Shown here piece by piece: positions 9,265-18,100 of a DNA stretch of 40,354 bases (the first letter of the stretch is position 1; every line of letters starts with the position of its first letter). The notes below the pieces were generated by a model. It was not told the origin of the DNA and ran no database searches. It saw nothing but the letters and a program-made list of their open reading frames with translations. The DNA comes from an uncultured Verrucomicrobiota bacterium (GTDB lineage Bacteria > Verrucomicrobiota > Verrucomicrobiia > Verrucomicrobiales > Verrucomicrobiaceae), in contig CAINXC010000307.1 in assembly GCA_903854655.1 (NCBI GenBank), forward strand, positions 1 through 40,354. Reading direction: 5' to 3'. The translations under genes and the position numbers were made by a program.

Positions 9265-9294
9265 CAAACCTTCGTTGCAATGCAGGAAGGTTTG
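9265..9294. promoter_or_regulatory. perfect 9-bp inverted repeat CAAACCTTC-N12-GAAGGTTTG in a divergent intergenic region
   Basis: Read directly. It lies between the opcA-like gene (-) and the LolA-like gene (+). The spacer contains the palindrome TTGCAA. Confidence 0.3.
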
Positions 9295-9326
9295 ACCTTT
9301 GGTCCCCTGTTATTACTTTCATCACC

Positions 9327-10106
9327 ATGCGCTCCACTCTGCTGCTCATTCTTTGCCTGGGCTTCGCCATGTCGAGCCCTGCTCAAACCCGCCAGCTCAC
9401 CGGCCCTCAGTACATTGCCGGGGCGAAGGCCGCCAGACCCAAGAGCGGCGTGTACATCCGGGCGCGGTTGGTACAGGGCAAGGAGGTGATGCAGATCCAG
9501 ATCAAGCGCCGCAGCCTGCCCAATGGCACCAGCGATCAGCTCCTGCAGGTGATTTATCCCAAAGAGCGCAAAGGCGAATCTTTGCTCCTGCATGTGAGCG
9601 GCGGCGGCTTCACCGGCGGCTTCCTCAAACCCGGAGGTTCCATGCGCAAGCTCACCAGCGCGGATCGCGGGCTCGGTGTTTTTGGCACCGATCTCACCAT
9701 TGAGGACGTGGTCGCCAACTTCCTTGACTGGAAGCACCAGGACATCATCGGGCACGAGAATGTGGGTTCGGTGCCCTGTGCCGTAATCGAATCCAAGCCC
9801 GACCGCACCGGATCAGCCAAGGGTCCGAGCAAAGCCTTGAGCTGGATCGACGAGAGGCGCTACGTGCCGATGCGCGTGCAGGTTTTTGACGGCGGTGACA
9901 AACCTGCTCGCGTGGTGGACACCGAGAAAGTGATGCAGACATCCAATGGCTTCTACCTGCCCATTTCACTTGTGGTGACCACGTCAGCATCCGGCTCCCA
10001 GACCAAGGTCGATGGTTCCAGCAGCAAAGCCGACATCCCATACGTGGACGCGGATTTTACCGAGCAGGCCATGCAGCAGGTCACGCCGCCGCCGAGCGCC
10101 CCGTGA
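9327..10106 (+). CDS. outer membrane lipoprotein-sorting (LolA-like) family protein, secreted
   Basis: Signal peptide. ~260 aa with the motif pattern of the LolA_like family (…QLLQVIYPKERKGESLLLH…GTDLTIEDV…). Confidence 0.55.
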   Translation: MRSTLLLILCLGFAMSSPAQTRQLTGPQYIAGAKAARPKSGVYIRARLVQGKEVMQIQIKRRSLPNGTSDQLLQVIYPKERKGESLLLHVSGGGFTGGFLKPGGSMRKLTSADRGLGVFGTDLTIEDVVANFLDWKHQDIIGHENVGSVPCAVIESKPDRTGSAKGPSKALSWIDERRYVPMRVQVFDGGDKPARVVDTEKVMQTSNGFYLPISLVVTTSASGSQTKVDGSSSKADIPYVDADFTEQAMQQVTPPPSAP

Positions 10107-10562
10107 TTACTTCAGCAGGCTGATGGGCAGCTCCGCCAATTCGGTCTTGCTGAGCTGGCCATCGCCGTTGGCATCGAGCTTCTTGAAGAACGCCTCGCAA
10201 CCTGCGAGGTATTCTTGTTTGCTGATCAGCATGTCGCCGTTCTTGTCAAGCGTCATGAGGATCTGCTTGATCAACAGGACGGAGACAGAGGCGCCAAAAT
10301 CGCCAATTTCTTCGCTGATGGGCCCTTTGAGCGCCTCGATTTCGGCGGCAGAGATGCTGCCATCTTGATTGGTGTCCATTTCGTCGAAGCCGCGCAGGCA
10401 GCCGTTCTGCCATTCACCGGTATCGATGAGATCATCCGCATTGGCGTCGAATTCCTTGGTGATCAGGTTCACCAGCGCATCGGCACCGGGGACGGCGGAA
10501 AAGACCGCCGGAGTGATTGCCAGCAGCACCAAAAGGACAAGGGCACGAGCTTTAGTTTTCAT
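10107..10562 (-). CDS. secreted EF-hand calcium-binding protein (four canonical EF loops)
   Basis: Signal peptide. Loops DANADDLIDTGE, DTNQDGSISAAE, DKNGDMLISKQE, DANGDGQLSKTE. Convergent with the LolA-like gene with zero spacing (TGATTA). Confidence 0.75.
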   Translation of the reverse strand: MKTKARALVLLVLLAITPAVFSAVPGADALVNLITKEFDANADDLIDTGEWQNGCLRGFDEMDTNQDGSISAAEIEALKGPISEEIGDFGASVSVLLIKQILMTLDKNGDMLISKQEYLAGCEAFFKKLDANGDGQLSKTELAELPISLLK

Positions 10563-10703
10563 AAAAAGCAAAGGGATGCAGTCTCTTTGAATTGTCTTCC
10601 TTTCCCGATTCAGGTCAAGAAATGGTTCAGGAAGGCCGGCCGCAGCTTCTGAACGGGGCCTGGTGAAAGCGCCGCGAGGAGCAGATATGAGGTGAGCCGC
10701 CGC

Positions 10704-11282
10704 TCACTTCGCCTTGGGGCTGGCGTGCTTGAAGTACGCATCCGGCGCCGTCCAGTCCCAGAACTCAGGCAGCGTGAGCAGGCTATAGTTAGAGGCTTCA
10801 GGCACGAGCTCGGAGTGCGCTCCGTCTTTGCTCTTTGTCACCGTCCCTTTGAGCCGGCCGCTGGCAATGGCCTTTTCGATCACCTCGTGCCGGGGATGCC
10901 AGAGATAGAAGACGTTGTCAGCATGCTTTGACATCAGGCTCAGCGGCCCAAGGGTGGTCCCGGGTTTGTCGAACCAGACGAGGAAGAGCAGCTGGGAGCC
11001 CTTGTCCTCGGAGGCATGGCGCACCACAGCCTCGATCACGCTGTCCGTTTTTTTCTCTTTGTCGTGCAGGGTGATGGAAAGCACTCCCTGATCCGCCTGC
11101 TTGATCGCGAAATGCACCTTTTCCTCCGGATTTTCCACTTCGGACCAGTCCCCCTCCCACGCTTCCGGTTTCAACACGGCAGGTTTCACACCGAAGTCGC
11201 GCGGCACATTGGTTTCCGGGCAGGAGGTGAGGCCCAGCATGAGCAGGGCAGCGGACAACGGCGCGAAGCGGGGAACGTTCAT
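10704..11282 (-). CDS. hypothetical lipoprotein
   Basis: Signal peptide + lipobox (LMLGLTSC). No recognised domain. Confidence 0.5.
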   Translation of the reverse strand: MNVPRFAPLSAALLMLGLTSCPETNVPRDFGVKPAVLKPEAWEGDWSEVENPEEKVHFAIKQADQGVLSITLHDKEKKTDSVIEAVVRHASEDKGSQLLFLVWFDKPGTTLGPLSLMSKHADNVFYLWHPRHEVIEKAIASGRLKGTVTKSKDGAHSELVPEASNYSLLTLPEFWDWTAPDAYFKHASPKAK

Positions 11283-11325
11283 GGCGATGAGCGTAGTCTC
11301 TTCGCCACGGCCTGACGAGAAAGAA

Positions 11326-12084
11326 TCACTCCGCCCCCGGCTCGCTCGGATACAGCCCCAGCACTTGACGAATCACGGCCAGGAGATCGCCCATCCGGGA
11401 ATTGTAGGGCCGGCGCGGATGCAGGAGCGTCCATTCGCGCCGGATGCCCAGCGTGGCGAGATGCGGTGAGGGATGGACGAGCACAGCGTTGCCACCAAAC
11501 TCGAGGAGAGGCAGATCTGCGGCGCTGTCAGAGTAGGCGTAGCAATAGTCGTTGCGGTCTTCGACGGTGAGAGCGGCCACACCGGGAATCTCCGCGCGCA
11601 TGGCCTCTATCTTTTCCTGGTGCTTGTTGTTGGCAAGGATGGCGGGCTGGAATGACAGCGGATCAGTCAGCCGCACTTTGGTAGCCACGCAGTGATCGAA
11701 TCCCAGCACCCGGGCGATGTCGCGGGCGTAAAAGTCGGGGCTGGCGGTGTTGAGGACCAGGATGCGGCCTTCGCTGCGCTGGCGCTCCATTTCGAGCAGG
11801 AGTTCGGGATAGGTCCAGGGCAGCACCGAGGTCTCAGCGAAATCATGGGCATAGCGTTGCAGGCGTTCCAGCGGCATGCCCCAAAGGTAGCCCATGAAGG
11901 CACGTTTGGCGCGCAGGGTGGAGACCAGGCGCATGGCGCGCAGCAAGGCGATGGGAAGAAAGCACAGGTGCAGCAGTACACGCCTGCGTTCACGCTTCAG
12001 CACGTAATTGCAGAACAGCGCCTGCGTGTCGTGCGGGAGCAGCGTGTGATCGAGATCGAAGAAGGCGTAGCCGCGTGAAGCCAT
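11326..12084 (-). CDS. HAD-superfamily hydrolase (subfamily IB-like)
   Basis: N-terminal DxD motif FFDLDHTLL, later NTASPDFYA and the C-terminal Asp region of HAD phosphatases. Confidence 0.7.
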   Translation of the reverse strand: MASRGYAFFDLDHTLLPHDTQALFCNYVLKRERRRVLLHLCFLPIALLRAMRLVSTLRAKRAFMGYLWGMPLERLQRYAHDFAETSVLPWTYPELLLEMERQRSEGRILVLNTASPDFYARDIARVLGFDHCVATKVRLTDPLSFQPAILANNKHQEKIEAMRAEIPGVAALTVEDRNDYCYAYSDSAADLPLLEFGGNAVLVHPSPHLATLGIRREWTLLHPRRPYNSRMGDLLAVIRQVLGLYPSEPGAE

Positions 12085-12114
12085 GGGGTGTTCCTACCGG
12101 CGGGGCGGGGGCGG

Positions 12115-12152
12115 GACAACAAAAAAGGCGGGCTTCACAGCCCGCCTTCTTC
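12115..12152 (-). terminator. rho-independent terminator downstream of ilvC
   Basis: Minus-strand read: GGCGGGCT-GTGA-AGCCCGCC stem-loop followed by TTTTTT (plus strand AAAAAAGGCGGGCTTCACAGCCCGCC). Confidence 0.6.
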
Positions 12153-12180
12153 GCTGATTCAATGGGCTGCCTTGGGAAGC

Positions 12181-13209
12181 TTACTCGTAGCTGGCCTGCT
12201 GGCCCTTCATGTCACGCTTCTTGATCCAGGGCATCAGGCTGCGCAGCTTGGCACCGGTCTTCTCGATCGGGTGCTTCTCGCCGGCCTTGAGCAGGGCGTT
12301 GTACTTCTTGTAGCCGCCCTCGTATTCTTTCACCCATTCCTTGGCGAACTTGCCGGACTGGATGTCCTTGAGAGCGGACTTCATGCGCTTCTTCACGCCG
12401 GAATCGATGATCTTCGGACCCACGCTCACATCACCCCACTTGGCGGTTTCGGAGATGGAGAAACGCATGCCGGCGATGCCCGATTCGTTCATGAGGTCAA
12501 CGATGAGCTTCAGCTCGTGCAGACACTCGAAATAGGCCATCTCAGGCGAGTAGCCGGCTTCCACCAGCGTTTCGAAGCCTGCCTGCACCAGCGCCGCAGT
12601 GCCGCCGCAAAGAACGGTTTGCTCGCCGAACAGATCGGTTTCGGTCTCTTCCTTGAAGGAAGTTTCAAGCACGCCGCCGCGGGTGCCGCCGATGCCATGA
12701 GCCCAGGCGAGGGCGATCTTCTTGGAAGTCTTGCTGGGGTCCTGGAAAATCGCGATGAGTGCGGGCACCCCCTTGCCTTCAAGATACTGGCGGCGCACGA
12801 TGTGGCCGGGGCCCTTCGGGGCCACCATGATCACGTTCACGTCCTTCTGCACCACGATGGTCTTGAAGTGGACGGCGAAACCGTGGCTGAACAGCAGGGT
12901 CTTGCCCTTGGTCAGGTTGGGCTCGATGTCCTTCTTGAAGGCGGCGGGAATCTTGGTGTCCGGCACGGCGACGAAGATCACGTCGGCCAGCTTCACGGCT
13001 TCGGCGGTGTCATACACCTTGAGGCCCTTTTCCTCGGCCACCTTGCGGCTCTTGCTGCCCGGATACAGACCGATGATGACGTTCACGCCGCTGTCGCGCA
13101 GGTTGAGGGCGTGTGCGTGGCCTTGGGAGCCAAAGCCGATGACAGCGCAGGTCTTGCCCTTCAGCGGGGCAAGGCTGGCGTCTTTTTCAGTGTAGATTTT
13201 AGCGGGCAT
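12181..13209 (-). CDS. ilvC: ketol-acid reductoisomerase (class I, NADP-dependent)
   Basis: 342 aa. Rossmann motif GFGSQGHAHALNLRDSG and the conserved IlvC core (…LFSHGFAVHF…, …CGGTAALVQAGFETLVEAGY…). Confidence 0.95.
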   Translation of the reverse strand: MPAKIYTEKDASLAPLKGKTCAVIGFGSQGHAHALNLRDSGVNVIIGLYPGSKSRKVAEEKGLKVYDTAEAVKLADVIFVAVPDTKIPAAFKKDIEPNLTKGKTLLFSHGFAVHFKTIVVQKDVNVIMVAPKGPGHIVRRQYLEGKGVPALIAIFQDPSKTSKKIALAWAHGIGGTRGGVLETSFKEETETDLFGEQTVLCGGTAALVQAGFETLVEAGYSPEMAYFECLHELKLIVDLMNESGIAGMRFSISETAKWGDVSVGPKIIDSGVKKRMKSALKDIQSGKFAKEWVKEYEGGYKKYNALLKAGEKHPIEKTGAKLRSLMPWIKKRDMKGQQASYE

Positions 13210-13348
13210 GTTGTTGTTTACGTTACGGGTTGAAAAGGGCGCGCATAGTGCGGCACTGCCTGCGGTGGGTCAAATGCGATTTTACGCGCCTGCGGTGGCG
13301 CTGAATTGGCTGCACGAGCCGCCACATTCGCCACGTTAGGCAGTGACC

Positions 13349-14932
13349 ATGCCCCGCATCGCCACCTTCCTCGCCCTGTTCGTCTGCCTTCAGCTCGCCT
13401 GCCCGGCGGCCGACAGGCCGAACATCCTCATCATCCTGGCCGATGACCTGGGCTACTCGGACCTGCATTGCTACGGCAGCGAAATCCAGACGCCGAACCT
13501 GGACCAGCTCGCCGCCAGCGGCCTGCGTTTCAGCCAGTTCTACAACACCGGCCGCTGCTGGCCCACGCGCTCGGCGCTGATGACCGGCCACTACCCGCAG
13601 CAGGTGCGCATGGACCCGCCGCCAAGGCCCAAGAGCAAGGACAACAAGTCCTTCCCGGCCTGGACGCGCACCATCCCGCAGCTTCTGAAACCCCTGGGCT
13701 ATCGCAGCTATCACTGCGGCAAGTGGCACATCGCCTGCGCCCCCAATGTGGTGGCGGATGCCGGCTTCGACCACAGCTACTACGTGGGCGATCAGGACCG
13801 CCACTTCAATCCCAAGGTGCTCAAGCTGGACGACAAGCCGCTGCCGCCCGTGCAGCGTGGCGACGGCTACTACGGCACGATCGCCATTGCCGATCATTGC
13901 ATCGATTTCCTGAAGGAACATGCCGCCCAGCACGCCGGGGAGCCCTTCTTCCAGTACCTCGCTTTCACCGTGCCGCACTTCCCCATCATGGCCCTGCCGG
14001 AGGACATCGCCAAGTACCGCGACACCTACAAGCGCGGCTGGGACGTGATGCGCGAGGAGCACTACCAGCGCCAGAAGCAGCTCGGGCTCATCGACTGCGA
14101 GCTGTCCAAGCCCGAAGGCCAGATCTACGCCCCCAGCGGCGGCCCCGAAACCCCCTCCAAGACCGGTCCCAACGAGCTTTTCAATTATCAGAAGTGGGCC
14201 GAGCTCAACGACGCGCAGAAGGACTATCAGGCCACCAAAATGGCCATCCACGCCGCCATGATCGACCGCATGGACCAGGAAATCGGTCGCGTGCTCGCGC
14301 AAATCAAGGCCATGGGCCAGTATGACAACACTCTGATCTTTTTCCTCTCGGACAACGGCGCGAGCGCCGAAATAATGGTGCGGGGCGATGGCAACGATCT
14401 CACCGCACCCATGGGCAGCGCCGCCTCCTATCTCTGCCTGGGCCCCGGCTGGGCCAACATGAGCAACGCCCCCCTGCGCCGCTACAAAATATGGACCCAC
14501 GAAGGCGGGGTCAGCACCCCCCTGATCGTGCACTGGCCCAAGGGCATCACCGCCAAAGGCGAGCTGCGCCATGACATGGGCCACGTGGTCGATCTGCTGC
14601 CCACCGTGCTGGAGGCCGCCGGCTCTCCGGTCACCAAGGTCAGCGACAGCGCCCCCGCCCTCCCCGGTCGCAGCCTCGTGCCCGCCTTCGCGAGGGACAA
14701 CAGCGTGCAGCACGACTACATCTTCTACCACCACGAGGGCAATCGCGGCCTGCGCGTCGGCGATTTCAAGCTGGTGTCCTCCAAGGATGACCGCGACGCC
14801 TGGGAGCTATACGACATGAGCAAGGACCGCAGTGAGCAGCACAACCTCGCCCCCCAGCAGCCTGAGAAGGCGCAGCAGATGCAGCAGCGCTGGGAGCAGT
14901 TGCAGGCGCAGTTTTTGAAGGATGCGCAGTAG
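13349..14932 (+). CDS. arylsulfatase (Cys-type, formylglycine-dependent), secreted
   Basis: Signal peptide. Sulfatase signature C-W-P-T-R-S-A-L-M-T-G (CxPxR) and N-terminal LADDLGYSDL. The first ATG is at 13349 (the ORF-track start at 13343 is GTG). Confidence 0.9.
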   Translation: MPRIATFLALFVCLQLACPAADRPNILIILADDLGYSDLHCYGSEIQTPNLDQLAASGLRFSQFYNTGRCWPTRSALMTGHYPQQVRMDPPPRPKSKDNKSFPAWTRTIPQLLKPLGYRSYHCGKWHIACAPNVVADAGFDHSYYVGDQDRHFNPKVLKLDDKPLPPVQRGDGYYGTIAIADHCIDFLKEHAAQHAGEPFFQYLAFTVPHFPIMALPEDIAKYRDTYKRGWDVMREEHYQRQKQLGLIDCELSKPEGQIYAPSGGPETPSKTGPNELFNYQKWAELNDAQKDYQATKMAIHAAMIDRMDQEIGRVLAQIKAMGQYDNTLIFFLSDNGASAEIMVRGDGNDLTAPMGSAASYLCLGPGWANMSNAPLRRYKIWTHEGGVSTPLIVHWPKGITAKGELRHDMGHVVDLLPTVLEAAGSPVTKVSDSAPALPGRSLVPAFARDNSVQHDYIFYHHEGNRGLRVGDFKLVSSKDDRDAWELYDMSKDRSEQHNLAPQQPEKAQQMQQRWEQLQAQFLKDAQ

Positions 14933-14958
14933 CTTCTGGTGCAGATACACTCCATTCC

Positions 14959-15294
14959 ATGAGCGTCCTCACTCAGCGCCTGTTCAACGAAATCGAGTCC
15001 GCTTCTGAACCGGTGCAGGCGGAGGTGCTGGATTTCGTGCTGTTCGTGAAGGCCCGGCATGGCAGCGTCCCGATTCAGCGAACGCCAGGCGTGTGCGGCG
15101 GTGAAGCCCGCATTGGCAACACCCGCATCGCCGTGTGGATGCTGGAGGAAGCCCGGCGGCTCGGCGTTGCTGATGCTGAATTGCTCCAGGATTACCCGGG
15201 CTTGAATGCCGTGGACCTGACTGCCGCCTGGGCCTATGTGGAATCTCACCCGGCGGAGATCGAAAAGGTCATCCGCGAGAACCACGAGGCGTGA
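14959..15294 (+). CDS. DUF433-family protein (antitoxin-like partner of DUF5615)
   Basis: 111 aa. The C-terminal region (GEARIGNTRIAVWMLEEARRLGVADAELLQDYPGL) is typical of DUF433 HTH-like proteins. The stop overlaps the next start as TGATG. Confidence 0.65.
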   Translation: MSVLTQRLFNEIESASEPVQAEVLDFVLFVKARHGSVPIQRTPGVCGGEARIGNTRIAVWMLEEARRLGVADAELLQDYPGLNAVDLTAAWAYVESHPAEIEKVIRENHEA

Positions 15295-15473
15295 TGGCGC
15301 GCCTCTACTCCAACGAGAATTTTCCGCTGCATGTGGTGATGGAACTCCGCAGTCGTGGTCACGACGTGCTGACATCGCGGGAATCTGGCCGCGCCAACCA
15401 GAACCGTCCAGACGATGAGGTGCTGCGCTGCGCCAATGAATTCATGAAGGCATCAGCGCTGCTGGTGACCTGA
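15294..15473 (+). CDS. DUF5615-like (PIN-like toxin-type) protein, apparently truncated at 60 aa
   Basis: The N-terminus (MARLYSNENFPLHVVMELRSRGHDVLTSRES) matches the DUF5615 pattern (…DENLP…L…GHDV…). It ends after …ALLVT, whereas family members are ~100-120 aa from memory. A different frame continues downstream for ~35 codons. Confidence 0.45.
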   Translation: MARLYSNENFPLHVVMELRSRGHDVLTSRESGRANQNRPDDEVLRCANEFMKASALLVT

Positions 15474-15565
15474 ACAGCCAGTTGATCCGCATCGCGCTGC
15501 CCTCGCTCTGATTCACTTATTTGCGGCTGCAATTCAAGACTTGGAAACCGACTATCGTGGCATGG

Positions 15566-16702
15566 CTATAGTTTGAACAAGGAAACCGACCTTGGCCCAT
15601 CACTGAAGAACTTCTTGCGTCTGAAGCTTCGCACAGCCATGCCCACGACTACCAGACCGACAGCAACGTCATCAAGGGTGCCGATAAAGGGAGTCGAGTC
15701 AGGAATAAGGTCAATTGGTGAAATGATCCACACCAAGGCGATGAGGCCTGCCACGGCTAATTTGGGCACCACAGCAACCCGGGAAAATATGTCAGGCGTC
15801 GAGTCACCAATTCCGGTTCCTAGCCCAAGCATGGGACCAGCTGCGCCATGCACCAGCTCGCAGACCCCGTCCTCGCGGACAAGCTGTGCCACGATGCGGC
15901 TGGTGCAGGCTTTTGCGGCTTCATCGTGCGGTGATTTGCCCAATGCCCGGGCCACACGTCCCAAGCATTCCCCTTCAGTCAATGGCCGACATTCGATCAC
16001 CATTAACTGAAGCACGCGCTGCTTGAGTTCAAGGTCACCGCGCACATGATCGTCTCCGATCCATCTGGCTCTCACATGCTCCCAGAAATTTCGATGGTCC
16101 GGAGGGGCGTATTGCAGCCACAGCGAAAGTGCGAAGCAAGCCAAACCTCCAAAGAACCAACTGCGGGCGCCAAAATCATCACTCAGAAGCGACAGTGACA
16201 GCCCCAGGATGAACACAGACACAAGCACTCCGAGAGCCCATGAGGGGCGAAAGCAAAGCGCAAGGCACACACCAAAAAACAAAAGGGCCACCCCTGGAGA
16301 GCGGAGCAACTCGAAAAGGACTGGAGGGAACAATCCTACCGCCTGGTTGGTCCAGTCGAGGACTGCTGCTATTCCTCCAAGTACGGACCAGTCCTTTTCG
16401 CCTACATGACCACGCAGCCGTAGCAGCATGCAGGCGAGCGAGACGAACAGCAGCACATGCAGGACGGCGTTTGCGAGGACCCGAGGGTTTCCGAACGCCT
16501 TCCATTCCCAAGCGACCGTTACGACCACGACAAAGCTGACAGCCAGACAGAATAGCCATTGTGCGGGATGCAGCGGCGCGGAAGAACCTGTTTCGAGGAA
16601 CATTACCGATGCCAGCGCCAACAGTCCTGCCACCAGCCAAAACCGCCATCGCAGGAATGGTACGACAGAAGGCGGTAGAGAAATTGTGGTTTTTAGGTCC
16701 AT
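15566..16702 (-). CDS. polytopic membrane protein with C-terminal DUF1232 (YkvA-like) domain
   Basis: Start taken at MDLKTT. ~7 predicted TM helices, then a soluble region, then the C-terminal motif ISPIDLIPDSTPFIGTLDDV characteristic of DUF1232. The region has lower GC. Confidence 0.55.
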   Translation of the reverse strand: MDLKTTISLPPSVVPFLRWRFWLVAGLLALASVMFLETGSSAPLHPAQWLFCLAVSFVVVVTVAWEWKAFGNPRVLANAVLHVLLFVSLACMLLRLRGHVGEKDWSVLGGIAAVLDWTNQAVGLFPPVLFELLRSPGVALLFFGVCLALCFRPSWALGVLVSVFILGLSLSLLSDDFGARSWFFGGLACFALSLWLQYAPPDHRNFWEHVRARWIGDDHVRGDLELKQRVLQLMVIECRPLTEGECLGRVARALGKSPHDEAAKACTSRIVAQLVREDGVCELVHGAAGPMLGLGTGIGDSTPDIFSRVAVVPKLAVAGLIALVWIISPIDLIPDSTPFIGTLDDVAVGLVVVGMAVRSFRRKKFFSDGPRSVSLFKL

Positions 16703-16715
16703 AGCGAACTCGCGT

Positions 16716-17873
16716 CTATTGGGCCGCCTTCCATTTGTTATCCACATTCTTCTTGGTGTAGGTTTTCGAGCCAAGGTGAGGATCTGGATTCCAGTACCAG
16801 TAGGACAAATCGTAAAGTGTGAGCCAAAACCCTCGTCTAAGCACTTTCCACTCACTTCGATCGGCGATTGAAGGATCCGTTTCCACGGCCTCAACGAGTT
16901 TGTCCAGTCGGTCCCACCACTGGCCTGTCTCCGAGTCGGCTGTCGGCTTGGGAACTCGCAAAACAGTCACAGGCGCATCAACATCTTTGCTTGTCATCGT
17001 CCATACCAGGGCAAGATGGATAGCAGCGTCAACTAGGTCAAGGCGTTGCCGCAGATCATCGCTAAGCGCCTTACGACGTAGCTGCAACTCCCGCACCACG
17101 TTGCCTCGTTCGCTCAACCTCTTGCGTGTCACAGCGGGTGCAGGGGTACCTCCAGTCAGACCCCGGTCGAGCACCGGTTGAACTTCTCGCAGGTATGCCA
17201 GATAGAGCGAAGCCACGAGCGCTTCATCGTCGAGTTTGGGGGCCATTTCAGGTAGCGGAAACAATTCCTTCTCCGCTTTGTCCAAATCAATCCAAGTTGG
17301 AGCCCATGAACTCTTATCCAAGTCTTTCGAGGCTCGGTTCATGGCGATCATATACAAGCGCTCACGCAAGGCTTGTCGTGGTTCCACGAGCAAGTCCTTG
17401 GGGTCCGCACACAATTTTATCAATTCCCTCCAGGCTTCAGTCCACTGATCGGCTTTGCAATTGTTGTTGAACGCCTCGGCAAGCTGTCTTGTTCTCACAG
17501 GCATCTTATCCACCAACAGTGGAGGCACTTTGGCTCGCGGTGTCTCGATAACGGGACCGCGCGGCCAGACACTCCAATTTGGCAGCCAAACGAGCGCCGC
17601 AGTCACCATTGCCACTAGCATACAGGCAAGGATCTCCCGCCGCGACACCGTGCCTCCGGTCTCTGGTTGCAACAAGACGCGCAGCTCAGCGTTATTCTGG
17701 ATAAAGGCATCAGCGGTCACGCGCACCCTCCAGTCCTTCTCCCCTTCCTTCTCGCCATAGGCGGCCAGCGCTGTTGCGTGCTGCGCTCGTGCCCGTTCAC
17801 TGTCCGTTATCGCAGTGGAAGTGGAGGAAAGGCTAATGTCCATTAAGTTATGATCTTGCCCATGGCGTTCCAT
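16716..17873 (-). CDS. hypothetical single-pass membrane protein
   Basis: 385 aa with one TM helix (~aa 85-105). No recognisable domain. Lower GC than the flanks. Its stop is 14 nt upstream of the next gene's start, so likely co-transcribed with 15566..16702. Confidence 0.45.
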   Translation of the reverse strand: MERHGQDHNLMDISLSSTSTAITDSERARAQHATALAAYGEKEGEKDWRVRVTADAFIQNNAELRVLLQPETGGTVSRREILACMLVAMVTAALVWLPNWSVWPRGPVIETPRAKVPPLLVDKMPVRTRQLAEAFNNNCKADQWTEAWRELIKLCADPKDLLVEPRQALRERLYMIAMNRASKDLDKSSWAPTWIDLDKAEKELFPLPEMAPKLDDEALVASLYLAYLREVQPVLDRGLTGGTPAPAVTRKRLSERGNVVRELQLRRKALSDDLRQRLDLVDAAIHLALVWTMTSKDVDAPVTVLRVPKPTADSETGQWWDRLDKLVEAVETDPSIADRSEWKVLRRGFWLTLYDLSYWYWNPDPHLGSKTYTKKNVDNKWKAAQ

Positions 17874-18100
17874 GTCGTCAACACCCCATCCTCGGTATCG
17901 AGAGATGCTTGTGGGTGGTGCCGAGGCGCTATTGCATGATTGAGATGCAGGTTCGGCGAGGTGCTCCCACCGGAGGCGAGTGGCTGCTGCATTTGAGCCC
18001 GCTGACCCTCAGGAAAACCGACACGTTTTCCACACCCGCCTCTGGCTCACGTCCTCCCCTTGCAGACCCTATTTGCAAACACAGCCGGATCGTCTCCGTT

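Noticed and set aside
8169-9755. Full 528-aa ORF as the opcA-like protein
   Set aside because: The N-terminal 174 codons overlap the divergent LolA-like gene and its promoter region and have no OpcA similarity. The internal ATG at 9233 gives a protein that begins right at the conserved N-terminal motif.
13210-13348. Direct repeat CCTGCGGTGG (x2, ~28 nt apart) in the ilvC/arylsulfatase divergent region, considered as a regulatory repeat or riboswitch
   Set aside because: Short GC-rich decamers recur by chance in 65 % GC DNA. There is no covariation-supported structure and no resemblance to known branched-chain amino acid leaders.
13223-14734. 503-aa minus-strand ORF antisense to the arylsulfatase gene
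   Set aside because: The sulfatase on the + strand has the CxPxR signature and a signal peptide. The antisense product is low-complexity and Gly/Ala-rich.
15566-16894. Long form of the DUF1232 membrane protein, overlapping the upstream gene by 179 nt
   Set aside because: The internal ATG at 16702 (MDLKTT…) removes the overlap and starts just before the first TM helix. The 64-residue extension is Arg/Pro-rich and non-hydrophobic.
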